Source: an uncultured Candidatus Rokubacteria bacterium (GTDB lineage: Bacteria; Methylomirabilota; Methylomirabilia; Rokubacteriales; CSP1-6). From it: a stretch of DNA of 64,000 nt. The stretch covers positions 64,001-128,000 of the forward strand of contig CAWBMV010000037.1 of NCBI GenBank assembly GCA_963789955.1, read 5' to 3'. The translations under genes and the position numbers were made by a program. The notes below the pieces were generated by a model. It was not told where the DNA came from, did no database searches, and saw only the letters and a program-made list of their open reading frames with translations. Positions 31,140 through 40,471 of this stretch are shown here, one piece after another; the stretch's first letter is position 1, and the number at the start of each line of letters is the position of its first letter.

Positions 31140-33408
31140 GTGCTCACCATCGAGCACGCGCCCCTGCTCTTCGGACGAGACCCGAGCCCGGCGCTCGTCG
31201 CCTTCGATCTCGCCGACGGCGGGCGCGCGATCCGGCTCTACCGGCGCTCGGGCGAGCGGTACCGTCACCGAGACCGCACCCTTCTCGCCGTTCCTGCTGC
31301 TCGTCGATCGCGATCTGGTGAAGGACGCGCCCGGACTGCTCGCGGTCGATGCGCTCGAGGGCCCCGGCGCGCTGCGCTGGCGGGCGCGCTTCGGGTCGTG
31401 GGGCGAGGCGCTCGGCGCGCGCGACCGCTGTCGCGATCAGTCCGGCCAGATCTGGAACGCGCCCGGCGCGCCGTATCTGTTCCTCGGCGACGCGGTCCAT
31501 CAATATCTCTTGCAGACCGGGCGAACCTCGTTCGGCGGGCTCGTCTTCGCCGACCTCCGCCGGCTGGCGCTCGACATCGAGGTGATGACCGGCGAGGGCC
31601 ACGAGTTTCCGAGCGCGGCACGGCCCGGCGACCGGATCATCGCGGTCGCGCTCGCCGACTCGACCGGCTTCCGTCACGTCGTGCGCGGCGACCGACTCGA
31701 CGAGCGCGCGCTGCTCGAAGAGTGCTCTCGCATCATCCGCGAGCGCGACCCGGACGTGATCGAGGGGCACAACATCTTCCGGTTCGACCTCGAGTATCTC
31801 GAGGCCCGCGCCCGCATGCACCGGGTCGCGCTCGCCTGGGGGCGCGGCGGCGAAACGCTCCGGAGCCGGGTGGCGCGCCTTCAGATCGCGGAGCGCACGA
31901 TCGGCTACCGGCGCTACGAGGTCGCGGGCCGCCACGTCATCGACACGTGGATCCTCGCCCAGCTCCACGACGCGGGCACGCGGGATCTGCCCGGGTTCGG
32001 CCTGAAGGACCTGGCTCGCCACTTCGGCGTCGCCGCCGAAGGCCGGACCTACGTCGAAGGCTCGCAGATCACGCGCGAGTTCCACGAATCGCCCGAGCGG
32101 CTCATGGCCTACGCGGGCGATGACGCGATCGAGACGCTCGCGATCGGGTCGATCCTGGCGCCGCCGTACTTCGCGCAGGCGCAGACGGTACCCTTCGACT
32201 ATCAGTCGTGCACGTTGCGCGGCGCGGCCGCCAAGATCGACGCGCTCGTGCTTCGCGAGTACCTCGCGCGGGGCCAGGCGGTGCCCCTGCCCAGACCGGT
32301 CGGTCCCGTCGGCGGCGGCCACACCGTGATCTGTCAGGAAGGCGTCGCTCGGCCTGTCCTGCACGTGGACGTCACCTCGCTCTACCCCTCGCTGATGCTC
32401 GCCAAGTCCATCGCGCCCGCGTCCGACACGCTCGGCGTCTTCCCGGAGCTTCTGCAGCACCTGCGCGACTTCCGCGTGCGCGCCAAGCGCCTGGCCCGCG
32501 AAGCGGCCGAGCCCGCCGAGCGCGCGCATCTGGGTGCGCTGCAGCAGTCCTTCAAGATCCTGATCAACGCGTTCTACGGCTATCTCGCGTTCAGCGGCGG
32601 GCACTGGAACGACTTCGACGCCGCCGACCGCGTGACCGCCGAGGGGCGGGCCGTGGTCACGGCGATCCTGGCGGGGCTCGAGAGTCTCGGCGCGGTGCCG
32701 GTCGAGGCCGATACCGACGGCGTCTACTTCGTGCCGCCGTCGGGACACTCAGCGGCCGACGACGAAGCGCTGCTCGAACGCCTCACGGCGGGCCTCCCGT
32801 CGGGCATCCAGCTCGAGCTGGACGGCCGGTACGCGGCGATGTTCAGCTACAAGATGAAGACCTACGCGCTGCTCGACGAGCGAGGCCGCCTGAGCCTCAA
32901 GGGCTCGGCGTTCCGCTCGCGCGGCCTCGAGCCCTTCCAGCGGCAGATCATCGGCGAGATCGTCCGCTGCCTCGTGCAGGGACGCCGTGCCGAGGCGCGC
33001 GCGATCATCGACCGCTGGCTCCGCGACTTCGCCGCGCACCGCGTCGAGCTTCGCGCCTTCGCGAGGACCGAGACCCTTCAAGAATCACTCGAGGCATATC
33101 GCGAAAAGGTGCGGATCGGCGCGCGCTCGGCGTCGGCGGCGTACGAGCTCGCCGTGGCCTCGGAGCGCGCGGTGCAGCCCGGCGACCAGATTTCCTATTA
33201 CGTGGCGGGCCGCGGGCCGAACGTCACGGTCAACGAGTACGCGAAGCTGGCCAGCCTCTGGGACGCGGCGCGCCCCGACGAGAACGTCGAGTACTACCAG
33301 ACGAAGGTTCTCGAGATCTGGGAGCGCTTCCGCGCCTTCGCCGACTTCGACGGTCTACGGCCTCCGGCGGCGGAGACGGAGACGAACGCCCAGCTCACAC
33401 TCTTCTAG
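31140..33408 (+). CDS. Family B DNA polymerase with 3'-5' exonuclease, frameshift near 31260
   Basis: Exo I LALDIE, Exo II GHNIFRFDL, Exo III YAGDD; Pol A DVTSLYPS, B KILINAFYG, C DTDG; C-terminal QLTLF. Confidence 0.92.
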
Positions 33409-33416
33409 CGACACGC

Positions 33417-33951
33417 GTGGTCACGATCGTCCACCCGGTCCTGCCGGCGGCAGGCCGGCTCATCTGCGGGCCGCGGCCCTCGCGGCCGTTCCGCGCAGGG
33501 CTTGCGGCGCTGGTCGACGCTCGGTGTCTCGACGATCGCGTGCCTGCTCGACGACCACGAGATGCCGGCGGAGCTCGTCGCGGTGTACGACACGTCGGCG
33601 CTCACAATCCTCCGCCACGCGATTCCCGACTTCGGTCGGCCGGCGGACGCCGGCGGTCTGGCGGTCTTCGTGAACGACCTTCTCGACCGGCTGCGACGTG
33701 GCGAGACGATCTACCTGCACTGCCTCGCCGGGATCGGTCGAACCGGAACCGTGCTCGCGTGTCTGCTGAAGACGGCCGGCGCGGCGGGCGATCCCGTCGA
33801 GCTCGTCAGGACGATCTACGATCCCCGGGCGCTCGAGACCGAGGAGCAACAGCGATTCGCCCGGGCTTTCGTGCCCGGACCCGCTACCAGACCAGGCTCA
33901 GCTGCCGGGGCGACCTCTGATCCGGGCGATCCGCGCGGCGCCGAGAGCTGA
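33417..33951 (+). CDS. Cys-based (dual-specificity/PTP-like) phosphatase, frameshift near 33503
   Basis: HAIPDFGRP loop, P-loop HCLAGIGRTG, ALETEEQ. Confidence 0.85.
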
Positions 33952-34825
33952 GCCCAACTTCGTCCGCCAGGCGCCGCACTCGCTCCTCCGTCTCGCGCAC
34001 GTATTCGGCGGGCGCGTAGGCCGCCCCGCGATAGAGGCGCTCGTACTCGGGCACCAGGCGCGGGAAGTCGACCGCGAGGAAGTCGAGAAAGATCTCGCGC
34101 GTGCCCGGCCGCAGGAAGAGCACGTTGGACTCGGCTCCAATCGCTCCGGCGTCGCGAGCCGCCAGCAGCAACGCGCGCAGGTTCTCCTCGTCATCGGTCA
34201 GGCGCGGCAGGATCGGCATGATGAAGAGCCGCGCCGCGACGCCGGCGTCGGCGAGCGCCCTCATGGCCGTGAAGCGAAGGTCGGGCCGCGGCGCCCGGGG
34301 CTCGAGCCTCCGAGCCAGCGCCGCGTCGATGGTGATGATCGAGAGGTTCACGGTCACGTCCGAGGCAGCCGAGATCTCCCGGAGAAGGCCGGCGTCGCGT
34401 GAGACGAGGGTGGACTTGGTCGTGATCGACAGATGGAGCCCCGGGACGGCACGGGCGGCCTCGAGGACGCGCCGGGTCACCTCGAATCTCCCCTCGGCCG
34501 GCTGATAGGGATCCGTCGCGGTCCCGATCGCCACGCTCTGGCCGCTTCGCCGAGCACGGCGCAGCTGGGCCACCAGCCGGTCGCGATCGGCGTCCTTCAC
34601 ATAGATCGTCCGCTCGAACGCGGTGGGATCGTTCAGCCCGAGGAACTCGTGCGTGTAGCGCGCGAAGCAGTAGCGGCAGGCCATCTCGCAGCCGCGATAC
34701 GGATTCACGGTCCAGCCGAACGGCATCGGCCGGCCGTTGAACTTGTTCAGGAGGTCCTTGGCGCGAAGCTGGTGATATTCGACGCCACGTCGCTCGTCGA
34801 TCGTGAGCCCGAGCCTCTCCGCCAT
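33884..34825 (-). CDS. Rv2578c/SplB-like radical SAM DNA-repair-family protein
   Basis: VNPYRGCEMACRYCFAR, GTATDPYQP, ITTKS, LEPRAP; C-terminal RQLSLVW. Confidence 0.88.
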   Translation of the reverse strand: MAERLGLTIDERRGVEYHQLRAKDLLNKFNGRPMPFGWTVNPYRGCEMACRYCFARYTHEFLGLNDPTAFERTIYVKDADRDRLVAQLRRARRSGQSVAIGTATDPYQPAEGRFEVTRRVLEAARAVPGLHLSITTKSTLVSRDAGLLREISAASDVTVNLSIITIDAALARRLEPRAPRPDLRFTAMRALADAGVAARLFIMPILPRLTDDEENLRALLLAARDAGAIGAESNVLFLRPGTREIFLDFLAVDFPRLVPEYERLYRGAAYAPAEYVRETEERVRRLADEVGLSSRRRADRPDQRSPRQLSLVW

Positions 34826-34905
34826 CCCGGGTGCGGCAACACCGGGCTTGATCGGCTGGCCTAGGCCTCTTCAGTCGTCATGTGTTGAGTATAGCAGGCC
34901 CATAG

Positions 34906-34940
34906 AAAAACCCGGGGTCCGACGGTGGGATCCCCGGGTT
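34906..34940 (-). terminator. Rho-independent terminator after the RRM gene
   Basis: Minus strand AACCCGGGGATCC-CACCGTC-GGACCCCGGGTTTTT. Confidence 0.8.
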
Positions 34941-34953
34941 CTTGTCTACGTGC

Positions 34954-35289
34954 CTACCGGCGCCATCCGCCGCCGCCGCCACCACCGCCGGGGCGTGGCC
35001 CGCGGTCGCCTCGCGGACCGCCGCCTGCTCCGGTCCGCTGCGGCTGTGGCCGCGCCTCGTCGACGACGAGGTTCCGGTCCCTGAACAGCCGGCCGTTCAG
35101 CATCTCGACTGCCTTGCCAGCCTCTTCCTTGGTCGCCATCTCGACGAACCCGAATCCGCGCGGCCGACCGGTGAACTGGTCCGTGATGATTCGGACTGTT
35201 TCGACGGTCCCGGCCTGCTGGAAGAGCTCGCGAAGGTCCTCCTCGGTGGCCTGGAAAGAGAGGTTTCCTACGAACAACTTTGCGGCCAT
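34954..35289 (-). CDS. RRM RNA-binding protein with Gly-rich tail
   Basis: RNP2 LFVGNL, RNP1 RGFGFVEM; GGAGG RBS. Confidence 0.95.
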   Translation of the reverse strand: MAAKLFVGNLSFQATEEDLRELFQQAGTVETVRIITDQFTGRPRGFGFVEMATKEEAGKAVEMLNGRLFRDRNLVVDEARPQPQRTGAGGGPRGDRGPRPGGGGGGGGWRR

Positions 35290-35427
35290 CGCACGACCTC
35301 CTAGCCCTAACGAAAGCGGCGGAATTAGGACGTTACTTCCGGGCTGCCCCGTGCTGGCGCAAAGATATATGACAACGGGTGACGCATGTCAAGTTGATCG
35401 AAAAATGAGTGAATCAAACCGAAAGAA

Positions 35428-36222
35428 TCAAAGATAGACGCCGCGAGTCGCGCCACCGTCGACGGTGATGCACACGCCCGTGATGAACGAGGCGCGGGCC
35501 GATACCAGAAAGCAGACGAGATCGGAAATGTCTTCAGGCGTCGCGATCCGCTTGAGCGGATACTGACTCGCCGCTTCGGCGCGCTGCGCCTCGACGGTCG
35601 TGCCCGCCAGCGCTGCTTGCTGAGCGATCAGACTCTCCCAGCGCGCGGTGGCGGTCGCCGCCGGCGACACGGCGGTGACGAGAATGTTCGATGGCGCGCC
35701 GAGGTCGGCGAGACCCTTCGAGAAGTTTATGAGCCCCGAGTTCGCGATGCCGCCTGTCAGATAGCCCGGAGTCGGATTCCGCGCGGCGGCGCCGACGACG
35801 TTGACGATGCGTCCCCCGCCCTGCGCTTGCATCATCGGGAACACGGCGCGAGCCATCCGGACGTATCCGAGAATCTTCAGGCTCCAGTCACCGGCCCACT
35901 GCTCGTCGGGAATCTTGAGGAAGTCGCCGCCGCGGATCGCGCCGGCGTTGTTGATCAGGATGTCGATCCGTCCGAACCGCTCCTTGACCGTCGCGGCGAC
36001 CCGATTGACCTCGTCGAGCCGGCTCAGATCGCCCGGCACGATGAGCGCCTCGGCGTTGGTCTTCGCCTTGACCTCCTGTGCCGTCTGCTCGAGCCGCGAC
36101 TTGTCGCGCGCGCAGATCGCGACTCTCGCGCCCTCCGCGGCGAGACCGAACGCGATGGCCCGCCCGATTCCCTGACTTCCACCCGTCACCAGCGCCGTCT
36201 TACCGGTCAGTTCGAGGTTCAC
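35428..36222 (-). CDS. SDR oxidoreductase
   Basis: TGGSQGIG, INNAG, ITVDGG. Confidence 0.9.
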   Translation of the reverse strand: MNLELTGKTALVTGGSQGIGRAIAFGLAAEGARVAICARDKSRLEQTAQEVKAKTNAEALIVPGDLSRLDEVNRVAATVKERFGRIDILINNAGAIRGGDFLKIPDEQWAGDWSLKILGYVRMARAVFPMMQAQGGGRIVNVVGAAARNPTPGYLTGGIANSGLINFSKGLADLGAPSNILVTAVSPAATATARWESLIAQQAALAGTTVEAQRAEAASQYPLKRIATPEDISDLVCFLVSARASFITGVCITVDGGATRGVYL

Positions 36223-36785
36223 GAGATCTCCTTTCGTATCGGAAATGCCGGGACCGTTTGCCAATCGAGCTGAAAGATCCGTTCGACCGTGCGGCCGACC
36301 GCGAGGGCGAACGCTTCGAGGTCGAGCCCGTCGAGCGTTTGCCCGCGAAGCCGCCGCCGGCCCTCGTCGAGCAGCGCCCGGGCGCCGGCGAAGTTGCCGT
36401 TGGCGAGATGCTGGTAGCCGACCGCGATCTGGATCAGGCCCTGCAGCGCCTCGCGCTCGCCACCTGCGGCATCGCGCCAGGCGGGCTCGAGGAGCTCGTG
36501 CACCTCGAAGTAGAGATGCGCGTCGAACAGCGCCGCGGCCGCCTCGAGAACGTCCGCGCGCGAGCGCATTCGCTCGCTCGCCCGGGCGGCGAGCGCGGCG
36601 TCCGCGCTCAACGCCCGCTGCCGGATCAGCGGTCGGCAGTCGAGATCGCCGGGCTCCAGCCAGTCGGGCGGCGCCTCGGTCTCTGCGAGGGCGGCGAGCT
36701 CACGGCGTGCCTCGGGCTGCTCCAGCGCGGCCAGAATGATCTCGGCGAGACGGTTTCGGACCCGTAGTGGCGCGGTCGGGATCAC
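36219..36785 (-). CDS. DUF309-domain protein
   Basis: LYFEVHELLEPAW...LQGLIQIAVGYQH..NGN..GA. Confidence 0.85.
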   Translation of the reverse strand: MIPTAPLRVRNRLAEIILAALEQPEARRELAALAETEAPPDWLEPGDLDCRPLIRQRALSADAALAARASERMRSRADVLEAAAALFDAHLYFEVHELLEPAWRDAAGGEREALQGLIQIAVGYQHLANGNFAGARALLDEGRRRLRGQTLDGLDLEAFALAVGRTVERIFQLDWQTVPAFPIRKEIS

Positions 36786-37264
36786 ACGATGCCCGCGACG
36801 GCCCCGGGCGTTTCGACCGGCACCGGCGCGGCGGCCTCGGGCTCCGGCAAGTGCTCGACCCGCGTCCCGGCGATCAGGTCGTGCAGCGCGCGCTTGTCGT
36901 GCCGAAGCCCGGCCATCACGAAGCCCAGGGTGAGCGTCGCGACCGAGGCGAAGTACGCCCCGAACCGAAGGAGCGCGGCGCCGAACGGCGGGGGCCCTTC
37001 CTCGCCGGCCACGACCCTGACCCCGACGAGCATCTTGCCGATCGTCTGCCCCGCGAGGCTGTGCAGCACGGTCGTGTAGGCTCCGGCGAAGACCAGGGTG
37101 AAGACGGCCACCAGGGGCTTGAGCGTCGCGGCGCTATCGACGTCGCCGCCCAGCATGCGACGGCCGATGAGCCCCAGCGAGAACTGCACGAAGGCGAACA
37201 CGACGAAGTCGAGGCCGGCGGCGAGCGCGCGAATCCAGAAGCCGGCGGGGCGAGGCTCAATCAT
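36782..37264 (-). CDS. RDD-family membrane protein
   Basis: AGFWIRALAAGLD, GQTIGKMLVGVRV, RALHDLIAGTRV. Confidence 0.9.
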   Translation of the reverse strand: MIEPRPAGFWIRALAAGLDFVVFAFVQFSLGLIGRRMLGGDVDSAATLKPLVAVFTLVFAGAYTTVLHSLAGQTIGKMLVGVRVVAGEEGPPPFGAALLRFGAYFASVATLTLGFVMAGLRHDKRALHDLIAGTRVEHLPEPEAAAPVPVETPGAVAGIV

Positions 37265-37282
37265 GCCGCGTATAATATCGCC
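37265..37282. promoter_or_regulatory. Bidirectional overlapping -10 elements for two leaderless genes
   Basis: Plus strand TATAAT 37271-76, 6 nt, ATG; minus strand TATTAT 37277-72, 7 nt, ATG; only 18 nt between the two start codons. Confidence 0.75.
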
Positions 37283-38479
37283 ATGATTTCGGTGCAGGAC
37301 GGCCAAAATCAGATCCTTCGCCAGCTCGCCGAACCGACACCGCCCGAGGTCGTCGCGGTGACCCGCGCGCGCGATCGCGTGCTCGCCGAGGATCTGCCCG
37401 CGCCGTTCGACGTGCCGCCGGCGGACAACTCGGCCGTCGACGGCTACGCCGTGGCGAGCGACGACGTGCCGGCCGCGAACACGCGCGAGCTCGCCGTGAT
37501 CGCCGAGCTGGCGGCCGGCACCGTGTTCGCCGGCACCGTCGCGTCGGGCCAGACCGTGCGCATCATGACCGGCGCGCCGATGCCGCGCGGCGCCGACACC
37601 GTGTACCCGCAAGAGGTGGTCGAGCGGCGCGGCGATCGCCTGAAGGTCGGCTCGATTTCCAAGGGCGCCAACGTCAGGAAGCGCGGCGAGGACGTCCAGG
37701 CGGGCACGATCGCGATCGAGCGCGGCACCGTTCTGCGCCCGCAGGAGCTCGGGCTCATCACCTCGCTCGGCCAGTGGCAGGTGCTCGTGCACCGCCGCCC
37801 GCGCGTGGCCCTTCTCTCGACCGGCGACGAGGTCGTCGAGCCCGGCACGCCGCGCAAGCCCGGCCAGATCTACGACGCCAATCGCTTCACGTTGCGCGGC
37901 TCGGTCGAGCAGTGCGGCGGCGAGGTCATCGATCTCGGCATCGTGGCCGACGCGCGCGACGAGCTTCGGACGCGGCTGCTCGAGGCGGCGGAGATCGGCG
38001 ACATCGTCGTGACATCGGGCGGCGTGTCGGTCGGCGCGCACGACCTGGTGAAGGACGTGCTCGGCGAGATCGGCGCGATCGACTTCTGGCAGGTGGCGAT
38101 GCAGCCCGGACGCCCGCTGGCCTTCGGGCGCATCGGATCGGCGCACTTCTTCGGGCTGCCCGGCAACCCGGTCGCCTCGATGCTGGCGTTCATGCTCTTC
38201 GTCCGGCCGGCGATCTACAAGCTGGCCGGCCGGCGCCGCCTGTTCCCCGAGATGGCCGAGGCGACGGCCGTCGAGACCATGAGCAAGAAGAAGGGCCGCC
38301 GCGAGTTCAAGCGCGGCGTCGTCCACTGGAAGAACGGCCGCTGGGAGGCGCGGACGACGGGACCGCAGGGTTCCGGTATCCTCTCCTCGATGGCGGCGGG
38401 CAATTGCCTCATCGTGCTCGAAGAAGAGCGAGGCGACGTGGCGGTCGGTGAGACCGTTCTCGTCGAGCCGTTCGCATGA
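37283..38479 (+). CDS. moeA: Molybdopterin molybdotransferase MoeA
   Basis: NSAVDGYA, RIMTGAPMP, STGDE, TSGGVSVG, GLPGNP, QGSG. Confidence 0.95.
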   Translation: MISVQDGQNQILRQLAEPTPPEVVAVTRARDRVLAEDLPAPFDVPPADNSAVDGYAVASDDVPAANTRELAVIAELAAGTVFAGTVASGQTVRIMTGAPMPRGADTVYPQEVVERRGDRLKVGSISKGANVRKRGEDVQAGTIAIERGTVLRPQELGLITSLGQWQVLVHRRPRVALLSTGDEVVEPGTPRKPGQIYDANRFTLRGSVEQCGGEVIDLGIVADARDELRTRLLEAAEIGDIVVTSGGVSVGAHDLVKDVLGEIGAIDFWQVAMQPGRPLAFGRIGSAHFFGLPGNPVASMLAFMLFVRPAIYKLAGRRRLFPEMAEATAVETMSKKKGRREFKRGVVHWKNGRWEARTTGPQGSGILSSMAAGNCLIVLEEERGDVAVGETVLVEPFA

Positions 38480-40041
38480 CCAACAAGGTCTCCGTCGACC
38501 TCATCGACACCGTCACGCCGATGGTCGAGACTCGCGTACGCGAGGCCGCGCGCCGACTGCCCCACCTGCGCTATGCCGACATCCGGCTCGAGGTCACCGA
38601 GGCCAAGGGCGCCGGGTCGGAGAACGGCACGCCCAAGTTCTCCGGCGACGACTACGGCTTCTCGCTCGGCGCGCGCGTCCTCGCCGGCGACCGGATGATC
38701 GCGCCGGGCTACGTCGGGCAGACGCTCGGCACCGCCGATCTGGCCGACCTCGACCGGATCGTGCGCGAAGCGCTCGAGCGGGCCTATCGGCGCGCGATGG
38801 TGAACGGCGAGATGAAGGCCGACGCGCGCGAGAAGTACGGGGCCCTCGGCGAGTCGCTCGCCGACACGCGCCTGCACCCGGTCGAGGTGCGCCAGGACAA
38901 GGTCGCGGCCGTCTACCGGGTCGATCCGCGCACGATGTCGCTCACCGAGATGGTGCGCTACGCGACCGACGTCTCCCGCCAGGTCGCGGCCGTCGACACG
39001 GGGGTCAAGTACAACTACGTCGGGACGGTGACCGAGCTCTCGCGCGAGCTCTTCGTGTCGAGCGAGGGCGCGCGGATCGATCAGTCGTTCGCGCTGACCA
39101 TGGGCACCTGCACGGTCGTCACCGTCGACGGCGAGGTGAGCCAGGATCTGTACGACGCGCTCGGGCACCAGCGCGGCTGGGAGATCTTGCTCGACGGCGT
39201 CGACGAGGCGGCGCTGCGCTTTCCGAGCTTCCTCGATTTCGCGCTGAGCCTGGCGCGCGAGGGCGTGGCGCTCGCGGCCGCCCCGGTGCTGCCGACCTCG
39301 GACGGCGACGTGGTCGTGGTCACCGATCCGCACTACAACACGCTCGTGTCCCACGAGATCATCGGCCATCCCGTCGAGCTCGACCGCGCGCTCAAGATGG
39401 AGACGGCGTACGCCGGGCGCTCCTGGCTGCTCGGCGGGCTCACCGAGCATCAGGTCGGCCGCCGGGTCGCCTCGCCGCTCGTGACCGCGTACTCGGATCC
39501 GGCGCTGCCGGGCTTCGGCCACTACAAGTACGATCACGAGGGCACGCCGGCGCGCCGCGTCGTCCACATCGACCGCGGCATCTTCCGTGGCTTCATGAAC
39601 AGCCGGCAGACCGCGGCGATCTTCGGCGGGGAGCCCAACGGCCACTGGAAGGCGACCGACGCCTCGCTGGTGCCGCTGATCCGGATGTCCAACACCGTGT
39701 TCGACGCGGGCGCGCGGCCGGCGGACGACATCGTGAAGGAAGTCGACCACGGCTACTACGTGGCCGGACACCGCACGCCGTCGATCGCCGAGAGCCGCGA
39801 GAACTTCCGCATCTCCGCGCGCGGCGTCTACGAGATCCGCAACGGCGAGCTCGGGCGGCTCTACCGCGACGGCGGCATCGCCGCCGACTCGCGCGACTAC
39901 CTCATGAACGTCGACGCGGTCGGCACCGACTTCCGGCTCTACCCGATCCCCAACTGCGGCAAGGGCCAGCCGATGCAGACCAAGAAGCTCGGCAACGGCG
40001 GCCCGACGATGCGCACGCGCGCGCGGGTGATCGGCGGCTAG
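38476..40041 (+). CDS. TldD-like metalloprotease subunit (divergent paralog)
   Basis: HEIIGH metal motif, DHEGTPA, PLIRMSNT, NCGKGQP. Confidence 0.88.
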   Translation: MTNKVSVDLIDTVTPMVETRVREAARRLPHLRYADIRLEVTEAKGAGSENGTPKFSGDDYGFSLGARVLAGDRMIAPGYVGQTLGTADLADLDRIVREALERAYRRAMVNGEMKADAREKYGALGESLADTRLHPVEVRQDKVAAVYRVDPRTMSLTEMVRYATDVSRQVAAVDTGVKYNYVGTVTELSRELFVSSEGARIDQSFALTMGTCTVVTVDGEVSQDLYDALGHQRGWEILLDGVDEAALRFPSFLDFALSLAREGVALAAAPVLPTSDGDVVVVTDPHYNTLVSHEIIGHPVELDRALKMETAYAGRSWLLGGLTEHQVGRRVASPLVTAYSDPALPGFGHYKYDHEGTPARRVVHIDRGIFRGFMNSRQTAAIFGGEPNGHWKATDASLVPLIRMSNTVFDAGARPADDIVKEVDHGYYVAGHRTPSIAESRENFRISARGVYEIRNGELGRLYRDGGIAADSRDYLMNVDAVGTDFRLYPIPNCGKGQPMQTKKLGNGGPTMRTRARVIGG

Positions 40042-40464
40042 ATGCGCGGCGCGCTGACCGTCGTCGGGGCCGTCGGCCTGCTGTTCGCCACCGCCGCGCC
40101 CGCGGCGCCCCCCGAATATCCCGTCAACTTCATCAAGGTCGACGAGCTCAAGAGCTTCCTCGACCGCGGCACCAAGGCGGACATCATCGACGTCCGGCAC
40201 TGGGAGCAGTTCGTCGAGAGCCACATCAAGGGCGCCCGCTCGATGCCGCTCCGTGTCGTCAACGACCGCGCCCCCGAGATCTCCAAGACAGGGCTGGTAG
40301 TCTTTTACTGAACGTGCCCGCACGCGCTGTCCCGGGGGGCCAGCGACATTCTGTACTAGCTCGGATGGCGGAATCATCGCGTGCTCGAGGAAGGGCTTCC
40401 CGGATGGATGGACAAGGGCTACCCCGTCGAGGGACGGAACCCGACGGCGCCGCCCGGGCACTGA
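40042..40464 (+). CDS. Secreted rhodanese-domain protein with in-frame UGA (probable selenocysteine) and an in-frame TAG
   Basis: Signal peptide; IIDVR, HIKGARSMP, VVFY-UGA-TCP at the catalytic site; rhodanese C-terminus LGWRNHRVLEEGLPGWMDKGYPVE continues in frame to TGA 40462. Confidence 0.78.
40325..40345 (+). promoter_or_regulatory. Candidate bacterial SECIS hairpin
   Basis: CGCTG-T-CCC-GGG-GGG-C-CAGCG; G-rich apical loop begins 22 nt after the UGA. Confidence 0.5.
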
Positions 40465-40471
40465 GCACACG

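Noticed and set aside
31140..33408. PolB as a marker of a prophage, casposon or pipolin
   Set aside because: No integrase, Cas1, structural genes or terminal repeats are present, and the flanks are chromosomal housekeeping genes.
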